A stretch of DNA of 64,000 nt, taken from the NCBI RefSeq assembly GCF_035084215.1, contig NC_090357.1:8370001-8434000 (forward strand), written 5' to 3'. Of this stretch, positions 39,160 through 51,687 are shown in pieces (positions within the stretch are counted from its first letter, which is position 1; the number at the start of each line of letters is the position of its first letter). Source of the DNA: Heptranchias perlo. Its lineage: Eukaryota. The translations under genes and the position numbers were made by a program. Below the pieces are notes generated by a model. The model was not told the DNA's origin and did not search any database. It saw only the letters and a program-made list of their open reading frames with translations.

Positions 39160-39454
39160 GTAAATCCAAAGAAGTAGATGAAGGCAGTAGTTTTACACAA
39201 TTCCTAAGGAAGGGCTAGGACTTATTTCAGCTGGATTTACGCACACACAAGATTGATTCAAGGTTAATACTAAGCAAACGTCCTAAAGGAAGCACAACCG
39301 GCTAGGTTACTACTAACAGCGATCTACTTCCTCTACCATAAATAATTAGTTTCACTATCAAGAGGTGATATCTCCAAATGCTCAGACTTGAACTTGCTGC
39401 TTTCTTGCTTTGAAGCTGTCTGCTAGCAATGCTCAATCGGCCAGTTCCAGATAC

Positions 39455-39685
39455 ATTCACAGAATCACAGAATGATACAGCACAGGAGGCCATTCGGCCC
39501 ATTGTGCCTGTGCTGGACCTTTGAAAGAGCTATCCAATTAGTCCCACTCCCCCACTCTTTCCCCGTGGCCCTGCAAATTTTTCCCCTTCAACTATTTATC
39601 CAATTCCCTTTTGAAAGTTATTATTGAATCTGCTTCCACCACCCTTTCGGGCAGTACATTCCAGATTATAACAACTCGCTGCATA
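39455..39685 (-). mobile_element. CR1 3' end fragment
   Basis: cacagaatcacagaatgatacagcacaggaggccattcggccc tail and UTR. Confidence 0.85.
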
Positions 39686-40472
39686 CATTGAACTTGATTT
39701 CACTATAAAAGGGTGCCACTATACCTGTGTATTTTGGTTTGGATATTTGTTTTGACTACAGATTACCAATTTTTAGAATTTGTTTTTCTCTTACAATTAC
39801 TGTTATCACAGCAGATGCTTTTACATAGCCTTGAGTAGAGTGCAAATACATTTGTAAATTGTAGCATCTGCATTTAACAAAAATATATAGTTCTAAGTTG
39901 TGCTGCAATTAACCCTTTAGTATTACTTGGACCTTCTTGCCTCGCCCTGCCCCCAACATCACGTAAGACAGTTTGCCAATGTGACAACATCCGTTTAAAT
40001 ACACCAATTTTTAGAATTAGTACAATTTAAGAAACATTTCTCAATTACCGCCAAATTAGAGGCAGTATCATGTTGGATGCATGACCATCATGAAATCGAT
40101 TGAGGTTTCCCAAAATCATTTCACGTGTAATCAAAAATTCTTCATGAAGTAAACTGTAAACACTGAGGGATGTCCATCACTATCGCATATTACAAGCCTC
40201 ATCCTATTGCTGCTTCCATTTATTGTATGGTGCACAGTTTCAATTTGCAATGTCTCACACTTAGAAATATGCTCAAGGCCTGCAGTTACAAGACAATGAT
40301 TAGCTCTTGCCTGCATGTTTATAGCACTGTGGCACTCTATTACTGGTGACCATAAAAAAGAAATGCACCGATGCAGTCAGGGGTACTTTTCGAAGATGTA
40401 TTACTACATTTAAAAGAGAATATTATGGTTATAGGGGCACGGAATCAATATTTGCTTACTTTTAACCGTGAA

Positions 40473-40518
40473 AGTTCAGAACCAACTAATACAATTCTGT
40501 ATTAGTTGGTTCTGAACT
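40473..40518. repeat. Perfect 21-bp inverted repeat with 4-nt loop
   Basis: AGTTCAGAACCAACTAATACA-attc-TGTATTAGTTGGTTCTGAACT. Confidence 0.92.
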
Positions 40519-40749
40519 ATGTTGCTCTGAGGAAAGTTCAATTTTGGCACAGTATAGCGAGATGAAGCAAAGTCATTCTATTCTGCCTGCAAAACAAGAA
40601 TATAAATAGGAAACCTCCTTCTCGACAAAGTGATGTGTAAAAATATTTAACTGTGGTTTATGCAGAATTGAAATATTTTAGTACAGTTCTCTTTCCCAAA
40701 GTCAAATCAGTAAACGGCAGTATCGATACCTTAGCAGTGTTAAAAGGAC

Positions 40750-41145
40750 AAGAATCAAAGACGAGATATGGCCATTCAGCCCATTGGAGCTCAGCTATTC
40801 TAACTCTATCATCCAGCTGAATTTTGTATTTGCCAAATATTTTTGTCTTCATTACCCATTATTCCAAACATCTACCACTTTTTCAGTAAATAAGTTCTTT
40901 CAAATATCTTTTCTCACCGTAACTTTATGTCTCAGGTCCTGCTCTCTGTACTTACTTTGAAGTAATATTCTCAGTTTAACTTCCTTGATTGGTTCCTCCT
41001 TAACCACCTTCCTTCTAGCCCATCCCCACTGCAAAGTTATCAGTCTTGTTGCTCTCTATGTACCCCATCCGATGCATTTGTTTTGTGGCACAGTGACAAA
41101 ATGCGTATTCCAAATGGGGCATGTCAGTGTATTGTAAAGTCTTAC
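40750..41145 (-). mobile_element. Highly degraded CR1 3' fragment
   Basis: ggccattcagcccatt UTR motif, and tgacaaaatgcgtattccaaatggggc corresponding to the PHLEY..FW region. Confidence 0.5.
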
Positions 41146-41676
41146 CCTAACCCAATTGCCAACCGTTCAATTCTGACAAGCCAGAAAAGGAAACTGCATC
41201 CAGCAAAAAGTCATTGCTGACACGACAGAGGTTGGGTCCAGGAATGCTGCTGCCAATGGTACAAGAACCATGCAATGCAGCCGAAGCGGTCGTTCAAGGT
41301 AAAAGAGCCTTAAACTGTCTCGCTCAGGCCAATGTAAAGTTGTAGTCTCTGATGTTTACAATGAATGCTTAATAATTCATATAATCAGAGAACCCTAAGC
41401 AGGTAAGAAGATCCTCGTCAAAGGCCGCCCGGTGAGCAAGAAAGCTTTTTTTTTTAAGTTTTCATTTAAAACATTTGTGAAGCATACCCAAATTTGGGCC
41501 TTGATGTCATGTTGCACAAAAATTATTTTTTCAGTCTTTCCCTTCCACGTTTCCTAGGTTCAGTTCTTCAATTCATCTCAGTCCCAAGACATTGCTGCAG
41601 GAGTTCCTCAGGGCAGTGACCTAGGCCCAACCACCTTCAGCTGCTTCATCAATGACCTTCCCTCCATCATAAGGTC

Positions 41677-42821
41677 CCACACAAGAGGTTAGTGTGCAAA
41701 ATTAAAGCACATGGGATTGGGGGGAATATACTGGCATGGATTGAGAATTGGTTGACAGGCAGGAAACAGAGAGTAGGAATAAACGGGTCTTTTTCCGGGT
41801 GGCAGGCAGTGACTAGTGGGGTACCGCAGGGATCAGTGCTTGGGCCCCAGCTATTCACAATATATATCAACGATTTGGATGAGGGAACTGAATGTAACAT
41901 TTCCAAGTTTGCAGACGACACAAAGCTGGGGTGGAATGTGAGCTGTGAGGAGGATGCAAAGAGGCTCCAATGTGATTTAGACAAGTTGGGCAAGAACATG
42001 GCAGATGCAGTATAACGTGGATAAATGTGAGATTATCCACTTTGGTTATAAAAACAGAAAGACAGATTATTATCTGAATGGCGATAGATTGGGAAAAGGG
42101 GAGGTACAACGAGACCTGGGTGTCCTTGTACACCAGTCGCTGAAAGCGAGCATTTAGGTGCAGCAAGCAGTTAGGAAGGTGAATGGTATGTTGGCGTTCA
42201 TTGCAAGAGGATTTGAGTACAGGAACAAGGATGTCTTACTGCAGTTGTACAGGGCTTTGATGAGACCACATCTGGAGTATTGTGTGCAGTTTTGGTCTCC
42301 TTATCTGAGGAAGGAGATCCTTGCCATGGAAGGAGTGCAACGAAGATTTACCAGACTGATTCCTGGGATGGCAGGACTGACATATGAGGAGAGATTGGGT
42401 CGACTAGGCCAATATTCACTAGAGTTTAGAAGAATGAGAGGTGATCTCATGAAAAATATAAAATTCTAACAGGACTAGACAGACTAGATGCAGGGAGGAT
42501 GTTCCCGATGGATGAGAAATCCATAACTAGGGGTCACAGTCTCAGGATACGGGGTATGCCATTTAGAACCGAGATGAGGAGAAATTTCTTCACTCAGAGG
42601 GTAGTGAACCTGTGGAATTCTCTACCACAGAAGGCAGTGGAGGCCAAGTCATTAAATATATTCAAGAAGGAGACAGATATATTTCTTAATGCTAAAGGGA
42701 TCAAGGGATATGGGGAAAAAGCGGGAACAGGGTACTGAGTTAGACAATCAGCCATGATCATTTTGAATGGCGGAGCAGGCCCGAATGGCCTACTCTTGCT
42801 CCTATTTTCTATGATTCTATG
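41677..42821 (+). mobile_element. 5'-truncated CR1 family A inserted in family B, 8-bp TSD
   Basis: ORFs 41692-42015 (KFADDTK), 42158-42469 and 42499-42738. Tail ttctatgattctatg. TSD ATAAGGTC at 41669-41676 and 42822-42829. Confidence 0.93.
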
Positions 42822-42920
42822 ATAAGGTCAGAAATGGGGATGTTCGCTGATGATTGCACAGCGTTCAGTTCCATTCGCAACCCCTCAGATAATGAAGCAG
42901 TCCGTGCCCGCATGCAGCAA

Positions 42921-43705
42921 ATAACATTCGCACCGGACAAGTGCCAGGCAATGACCATCTCCAACAAGAGAGAGTCTAACCACCTCTCCTTGACATTCAA
43001 CGGCATTACCATTGCCGAATCCCCCACCATCAACATCCTGGGGGTCACCATTGACCAGAAACTTAACTGGATCAGCCACATAAATACTGTGGCTACAAGA
43101 GCAGGTCAGAGGCTGGGTATTCTGCAGCGAGTGACTCACCTCCTGTCTCCCCAAACCCTTTCCACCATCTACAAGGCACAAGTCAGGAGAGTGATGGAAT
43201 ACTCTCCACTTGCCTGGATGAGTGCAGCTCCAACAACACTCAAGAAGCTCGACACCATCCAGGACAAAGCAGCCCGCTTGATTGGCATCCCATCCACCAC
43301 CCTAAACATTCACTCCCTTCACCACCGACACACTGTGGCTGCAGTGTGTACCATCCACAGGATGCACTTCAGCAACTCGCCAAGGCTTCTTCAACAGCCC
43401 CTCCCAAACCCGCGACCTCTACCACCTAGAAGGACAAGAGCAGCAGGCACATGGGAACACCACCACCTGCACGCTCCAAGTCACACACCATCCCGACTTG
43501 GAAATATATCGCCATTCCTTCATCGTTGCTGGGTCAAAATCCTGGAACTCCCTTCCTGACAGCACTGTGGGAGAACCTTCACCATACGGACTGCAGCGAT
43601 TCAAGAAGCTGGCTCACCACCACCTTCTCAAGGGCAATTAGGGATGGGCAATAAATGCTGGCCTTGCCAGCAACGCCCACATCCCATGAACGAATAAAAA
43701 AAAAA
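42921..43705 (+). mobile_element. Second family-B copy inserted in the host family-B element
   Basis: Has its own poly-A end at about 43695-43705. The host sequence atgcagcaa (to 42920) resumes seamlessly as gacctggacaac at 43706. Confidence 0.75.
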
Positions 43706-44844
43706 GACCTGGACAACATCCAGGCTTGGGCTGATAAGTGGCAAGTAACATTCGTGCCAGACAAGTGCCAGGCAATGACCATCTCCAACAAGAGAAAGTC
43801 TAACCACCTCCCTTTGACATTCAACAGCATCACCATCACCAAATCCCCCACCATCAACATCCTGGGGGTCACCATTGACCAGAAACTTAACTGGACCAGC
43901 CACATACATACTGTGGTTACAAGAGCAGGTCAGAGGCTGGGTATTCTGCGGTGAGTGACTCACCTCCTGACTCCCCAAAGCCTTTCCACCATCTACAAAG
44001 CACAAGTCAGGAGTGTGATGGAATACTCTCCACTTGCCTGGATGAGTGCAGCTCCAACAACACTCAAGAAGCTCGACACCATCCAGGACAAAGCAGCCCG
44101 CTTGTTTGGTACCCCATCCACCACCCTAAACATTCACTTCCTTCACCACCGGTGCACCGTGGCTGCAGTGTGCACCATCCACAGGATGCACTGCAGCAAC
44201 TCGCCAAGGCTTCTTCGACAGCACCGCCACCACCTAGAAGAACAAGGGCAGCAGGCACATGGGAGCAACACCACCTGCACTTTCCCCTCCAAGTCACACA
44301 CCATCCCGACTTGGAAATAAATCGCCATTCCTTCATCGTCGCTGGGTCAAAATCCTGGAACTCTCTACCTAACAGCAATGTGGGAGAACCTTCACCACAC
44401 GGGCTGCAGCGGTTCAAGATGGCGGCTCACCACCACCTTCTCGAGGGCAATTAGGGATGGGCAATAAACGCTGGCTTTTCCAGCGACGCCCACATCCCGT
44501 GAACGAATAAAAAAAAATTATCAGCACAAATTTCCTTTACACACACAATACTTGCCATGCAATCACTTTTATTGCATTTGTCTTGCCCTTGGACCATGGT
44601 CCCCACTGCTCTCTCCCCAGCCCTGCTTGACTTACCTCACTGAATGCTGCTTCTCAACACCTGCCGCTCCTCTCCCAAAGCCACTACTTCCCAGTTCTCA
44701 CCACCGCTCATGCAACATCTGTGGCCACGTTATGAGCAACAGTCTACAGCACATCACATCTGTGCCCATTCCACCAAGCAGAGATGCGGGAGCCACATCA
44801 CTGGTAATTTGAATGCAAAGGAAAGAACTGCATTTCAGAAATAG

Positions 44845-44893
44845 AAGAGTCGCATGTGACTTGCAAGCCACAGGTTGGTCACTCCTGTTTTAG
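44845..44893. mobile_element. Possible hAT-Charlie MITE right end
   Basis: gagtcgcatgtgacttgcaagccacaggttggtcactcctg resembles Charlie-type termini as recalled. No matching left end found. Confidence 0.4.
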
Positions 44894-47109
44894 CGTGATC
44901 TTAGAAGATTTGTACTCTAATGTTCTGGCTATATACCCAGCACTGTATTAGCTTTTATCAATTGCTTTACCATATTGTCCAGACCCCATTTTCCCAGTTC
45001 CTTTTCTACATTTCCCTCTGCAATTCAATTCCATCGCAAACCAGACACGAGTATCCTGCTGGATACTGACCCAGAATTCAGAACCTGGAGCTCCGGTCTT
45101 CACTCTCCGGGACTGTCTAGAGCGGGGTTCGCATGTTGCAACTTCTGACTCAGAGGTGGGAATGCTACCACTAAGCCAAATGCTCGCTCCTATGATTTAG
45201 TATTTACCTGGGAATAATGTCCTATACTTTCCGGACTCTGCCTATTGACAAATGTATACTAAAATTGTTAAATGAAGTATAATAGATCATGCTCAATACT
45301 CCATTATGTCCACCGGTTCCTCGATCCAGCAGCCTTCCTAACTTCTTCATAGACCGCTCAGTTTTTGATCATTGGACGTGAAAGCCACACATTAAAAGAT
45401 ATGTACGACAACAAGGAACCTGCTTAGGATGGCCAAAGTTTCCTTGCTCTTTTCACATCCTCTTGATGGTTTGTCACTTTTCTTCCCCTCCCTCATTTCA
45501 AGCTGGCATTCTTCTCCTTCTGACTTCCATCCACCCTTTTCTACCCACCTCTCCCATTTCATGCTGGCACTATCCTGTCCTCAGTGCAGCTCCCAAAAGC
45601 TGGTACCTCAGCACTGCTGCCAAATCCCACCTCCTGCAGCTCCAAGTGACTGAGCGGAGGTGCAACACTGTGAGTGGCAATTCCTGATATCAAGCCAATT
45701 CCCACCGAGAGCATGCAAGCATGCTCAATTACTTGGAGCAGTAGAAGCTGGTAGTGGAGCAGATAAGAGTGGCACTGGGATCCATAATCCTTTCACGTAG
45801 GTCCGATAACTCAAACTTGTAGTTGGATCTGGACTTTGGGCTGTAGTTTGGCATCCCTGATTTTAAAGGGTAGCATCAATATAATGAAGTGTTTTCAACA
45901 TGCTCAGGTCCAAAACAGTCAGGAGCATCCTATTACAGAAGAGGTGATGCAAAATTACTCATGTGGCTACTGGGGAAATGCTCTATTCCTGCAAACATGC
46001 CCCTCTGTTATCACAGTCAAACATTATGTAAGACACTTTGCCAAAGTGACAATATCCCTTTAAATATAATATTTCCTTACCTTAAAGTTGTAAGTTCAGA
46101 TGAAAATCTTGTTTTGTCAGTGTATATGTATTCATAAAGACTGTGAAATTTAAGTTTCTTTCAATTTAAAACCCTGGGATTTTGAATATTTTTCAGTTTT
46201 TATTTTTAGCATCAAAAACCAAGAGAAAGTTGGGGGGAGGGGCAATTAGAACCCCAAAAAATAGGTTAAATTTGGAGAAAAATCAGTAAAAGTCAGTTCT
46301 TATTTTAAACATCACTAAACCTCAAGTAAACATGCAAGAGATTAACAAAGTCATAGTTAAGCTAAATGTCAACTCACAATTATTTACACAGTTCACAGAC
46401 ACCATTTTATGGGGCTTACTGGCAGTTCCTAAAATAATGAAAGTTTCCATGGCCACAAAATACTGTCAAGCTACTTTAACAGTAAAAATATATTTATAGT
46501 GTTTGTGAATGGACAGTGCTGCTAAATGTTGACGACTGAAACGTATGTTAACACAGCACATTACTACCACAGTATCGTAAAACACAATTTTTTTTAAAGT
46601 TTGATTGAAATACGAAATAGTTAATGCTAAAGTTTAATTTTGCAGAATGTGCAATGAATGGTATACTGTGATCATTGTATGCAGTCTTTCCATTTTGTTA
46701 ATAACATTGCTGTCGCCATTATCTAAGTTCTTCAATGTGTGTCCTGACATTACAAATATAATGCATGCACACTTCCAGACCAGACTTTTGCAAAGAAGGA
46801 AAAGGGAAATTGCGACGGTTTTTTCCTCAAATTCGGGAGGAAATCTGTTTTTAACCGATACACTGCCCAAAAGAGAGCAATTTATCGGTGGAAACTGATT
46901 TTAAAAGATCCCAATGTATGTGAAATATTATGAATCAACAATCTGCTCCAACAGATCTGGCAAGGACAGGCACAATCTTTCTACAGAATTTAAAACATTT
47001 GGCTACACGTTAAGCCAAAACAGTTTGTAAGAATGAAGGTCTGTTTTACAAAACAGTAGAAGCCAGGCACTTCCTCAAGGCTGCGGGGAGGGGTGGGGAA
47101 GAGGAAGAG

Positions 47110-47208
47110 GGAGAGAGAGAGAGAGAGAGAGAAAGAAAGAGAGAGAGAGAGAGAAAGAGAGGTAAAAGAGATAGAGAGAGAGGTAAAAGAGATAGAGATA
47201 GAGAGAGA
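47110..47208 (+). repeat. Imperfect (GA)n microsatellite
   Basis: Direct reading. Confidence 0.92.
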
Positions 47209-48721
47209 AATATGGAGGGCAGCCTGCTGTAAACTATAGAACATTAGCAGAGGCCTAGTAGCAGCTCACTTACCTTCCCTCTTGTTTGATTGAGGGGGCC
47301 TGCAGTTTTCAGTCTACCTAGGGAGGGATGTCAGTTTACTCTTAAGGTGTTCACCCAGCACTTGCTTTAACTGCATCTGGTTTATTTCAACAGGATATCC
47401 AAATCAAGAAGGCTTCCCAAGAAAGCAGCCAGCTAAGAAATCGGATGAATTAATTCCATGTGTGACTGTACATAAAACCCAAGACCACGGGTGCAAAGCA
47501 AATGTTTATAACCACTGAGTTGAGAGCAAATGTACTTATGTTTTTGGGAGTATGAACTCAGCTGGACTAGTTCCTGTTAATGCCAAAATATGTTTTGCAC
47601 ATATCAGAGTAGCGTTTGCTCACTTTGCTCATACAGTCAGCATAAGTACAGCAGCAAATGTGATCCATAAAATATGGCCAAGGATTCATAGGTTTCTTTT
47701 ATGGTACCAGTCAAAAATCAAAAAAAACTATGCATGTGCTAGAGAGAATTTTTTTTAAAACCTAACAAATTTCTATGTAAATACTGACATTGATCATTTA
47801 GTAACTTTACAGTCAGACGACAAAAATGTAAACATCGAAATGGAAAGCAATGCTGTGGTTTTGAAACATGAACACCAGGTCCGTATGTAAAAGGAGAGGA
47901 ATAACAGGTTTGTCGTGAACTTTCATGGGAGCTGTGGTAAGGAGCAACTTAATGTTAGTCACATTTATCATAAAGATTACTTGTTATAATTCAACAATGG
48001 ACTGCTGCAACCCATTGATGAGAGAATTAATCCAAACTTCTGCAGAGAATGGCTTTCACCATCAGAAATACTTTTACAGTCCAACAATAATGCACCACCA
48101 CAACATCAGTAAAGCCACAGTAAATTTGAACGCCATTTACTGACCTGTATTTGCAAGTAAAATATCTGTGAACAGCTGCAGACACCAAGACTGTGGTATT
48201 ACAGAAATGTACAGTAAAATAATGACAATACTCAGGCACATATTGTCCACCCATATGCTGTCTCCATACTACACCTTTGACACTGATACCATGCCAAAAC
48301 TAGTTCCAACAGATGGCAAAAAGATGTTAGCGCAGACCAGAATTGGAGGAAGTGAAAACACCTCCAAGGAATGATTGCTTCCCTTTACTACTATTGGTCT
48401 GAGGCCTGTTTAAAAAAAACCTTGGGTATTACATGCTTTCAGGTTCTCACTGAAAACAGCTGATTGCTCCAACGGTGCTTCTTAATTGGGGAAAAAGATC
48501 TGAGTCAGAAGCTGGAAAACAATGCTCCATGTAAAGTATGTATCCCCAGAGCTCTACCATCCCCCACTCCATGCCAATGCAAGTGGGCAGTGTAACCGTG
48601 GCTCCCTACTTGCATCGCCACTGAAGTACTGCAGCAGTAAATGCATCATAAAGATAGCATTCGTCACTGAATTAAATTAACAAATAAATTAATGAATAAT
48701 CAAGATCAGATTTTTTGTAAA

Positions 48722-48812
48722 TAGGAACACAGGAACAGAAGTAGGCCATTCAGCCCCTCAAGCCTGTTCCGCCATTCAATTAGATCATGGCTGATCTGTA
48801 TCTTAACTCCAT
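48722..48812 (-). mobile_element. Short CR1 3' tail
   Basis: aggaacacaggaacagaagtaggccattcagcccctcaagcctgttccgccattcaa. Confidence 0.85.
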
Positions 48813-51687
48813 TTATGCAGAAAGGATGCTGTGTCTCAATTTAATAGATATGTTTATTTTAAGTAATTGCTGTAACCCTATTTGTCCTGTTTAAATTGTC
48901 CTATTTGTGAAGAAGTCGCATAAATAAATATGGAATGCATCTCAATACTTGTTTACAATCTGCAGGAAGCTTAATTTACATTATAAATAACTTAAAAACA
49001 GCAGGGAATTTCAACGCTTTTTTGGCAGACTCTTAGTTTTTGCAAGATTTGTTGGAAAGGAGACATTAATTTAGGGACCAACATTACTACAGTTGACAAT
49101 GTGGGTGTTACGGGGCAGCAATCAACACTGTGACTGACAGAAAACTCGAGCCAAAGTACTGGAAATAAAGATTCCAAAATAAATATTAGCACAGTAAGTT
49201 TTCAACAATTTTGCCCTATGAATATTAATATTACTGAATTGAAAAATGAACAATTGTGGGACACAGCACTTTTATTTACATTTTCTTCTGCTTTTCTGTC
49301 CTTTGAACTGTTACCTTTCTCCCACCAAACCTTTACCATAAAAGAGGAGTCCTTGTTGTTCAGATGATTCAGGATAAAATTAATAATGAGCAGAATTTTT
49401 TTTGGCCTTCTAGTGAACATGTTCTCATCCACATAGAGATCCTCAAATAAGGGGGTTTCTCACTGCAAGTCACATTATCGATGAAGAAAATCCTGGAGAA
49501 GTTCCATAGAAAACAGTAAGGAATGCGACTTCAACTCCGGGAAGCCATGCTATAAGCTAGGAAATTTGAATCGCTAGACCATTACGCAATTTTCTGACGT
49601 TAAGCGACTTAGGAATTGGCCCTCATTCAAGTCCAAAGTCATGGCCCTCACCATTCCCAACGGAGCTGCTCAGAGTGCATGGGGATTCTCACCATCAGTT
49701 AGCTAATCTAGCTGGGAGCAACCCAAGAACCTCAATGGAAATAAGAAAATTAGCATTTTTACTAAATATCCCAAAAAAGTACCACTTTTTTTTCTATAAA
49801 TGGGAGAGTATTTTGATCATAAAGGTACTCCCCTCACACTTTCCTTCCCCTTTAAATCTTTGCAGGTGGAATAGTCCTTTGGCCAAAAATTCTCTACGAT
49901 TACCATAAATGCCATTCCATGTTCATTCAACAGGAGCCACACTTCTCCAGGTCAGGATTGGTACTGCTCATTTTTGTTTGCTTTAAAGATGGAGCACTCC
50001 ACTATAGTGCAATGTGCACCTACCAGCCTGACAAAGAAATCAAAATTTGCCTAATTGGAATAGTTTAATTTAAATACTAAATTCAAACTAAATTGGATAA
50101 CATTGCTTTATCATTACTGGAGTAGTGTTTTTAAAAAAAATAATCTCAGCTTTGGTAAAGTATTCCATGAAAGAAATTATGCAAAATGATTTGAACAAAA
50201 GAATTTGAAGTAGGATGCAAACTTATTTTGGAAGATGTCTAAAAGGGTTAGGGTTGAATTTTTATACAATTATGACTTGTTAAGTATTTTAAATATAAAA
50301 TGATTTCCAATAAAATTCCATTTTTTGACAGTAATAGTTTGTGAATGATGGCATATTGGCGTATCAAACTTAATTTTTTTTCAAATAAAATATTGGAGAG
50401 ATCTCATGTTATACAACAGACTGTTCCTCTACAATCAGTAAAATAGTCTATTTAATTGTCTACTGGACATATAGGGCTTCAAGTTAGTCTTTTTGGTCCT
50501 TTGATGATGTTCAGTAGAGCAAACAAACTTTTAGAGAACATCATCACATAACTGGTATCTCAATACTTATAGCATTTGTCTATTTAAAGGGAGATGGAAC
50601 TACATAAAAAGAGAATTCTTTCATAAAGCAGTCTCATGTTCCAAAGTTATTTGAGATTTGAAACAAAGTTTAATTTAGTATGTTATTCTTGTGGCAACTA
50701 GTGCCGCTGGCAATTAAATATAAACCAAAAACAACAATTAGAGCTTCTCTTCACCTTAGATGTAACATTTTGAATGCAGCACTGTGGAGGCAGAAGCTTG
50801 TGTGTGCAAGGGCTCTTGAATTTTTCAAAAGGAACCAATCCACTGACACCATAATCACTAAAGATCACGACCAACCATTATGTCACTCCCAGTTTGTGCT
50901 GGGTATGAAACAAGCCTTATAAAAGGCTGATTCATGAATAATTCAGAAATTAAGAGTATGCTACATTAAATCCACTGTTCATATTTTTTTTTACTTAAAA
51001 TGGAGTGCTCAGGTATGTATATTCAGGATCCCTCGTAAAGCTCAGTACATGGGGGGCACCATGTGATATGCTTTTAATTATTGCATATTTCAAACAGAGT
51101 CAAGGAGGAATATACTTTAAAACATTAATTCTTGCAACTGTTTCTGACTACTGATCACAAATCTTTAGGCGTCTGAATAGCAAATATCGACTAAAATTGG
51201 CAGGCTGCTGGTATTGCTGCTGTACCAATATCCACCGCCACGTCACTGCAGAATGCAAATGTATACTAGTAGTTTCTCAGAAGAGAGGAGAGATTGAGTA
51301 GAATGGGCTTATATTCTCTGGAGTTTAGAAGAATAGACCTAAGGACCCAAAATGGCATCCGGAATGCGCACGCCAGCTTCTAGCGTGACGTATGGTGGAC
51401 GCCATCTTGGTAAAGGCGTTTGCCCACGTGCTGATAATGAACGCCAGCAGCATATAAAGTAAGGAAAATATGTGTTAGATCAGTGTGCAACACTAATTTA
51501 AAGGGACAGATACAATTTTGGAACTCAACGCTCCAGCCAACACACTGTCTTAACCTCGTACAGCTGAACAGGTTGTAAACAGCCTGGAGGACCCCCCCAT
51601 CAGCGCTATTTAAAGAGATCACGCAGGATTTACAGGTTAGTTGCTTCTGGCCGCTGATGCATTTGCACCTGTTTTTGGAGGTCTCCA

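Larger units (their letters stand above)
41575..44517 (+). mobile_element. CR1-clade LINE family B (poly-A tail), host of two nested insertions
   Basis: [26 protein letters not shown]|EMGMFADDCT continues across the first insert. YKAQVRSVMEYSPLAW. 3' end ttagggatgggcaataaa...cccacatccc.tgaacgaataaaa. Confidence 0.9.

Noticed and set aside
45110-45182. tRNA-like A/B-box sequence on the minus strand
   Set aside because: No cloverleaf. It is a degraded SINE head, too short to classify.
46800-46912. CpG-containing MITE-like patches (also near 19860-19990, 24040-24110, 34900-34985, 49450-49620)
   Set aside because: No convincing paired TIRs or TSDs could be established by eye.
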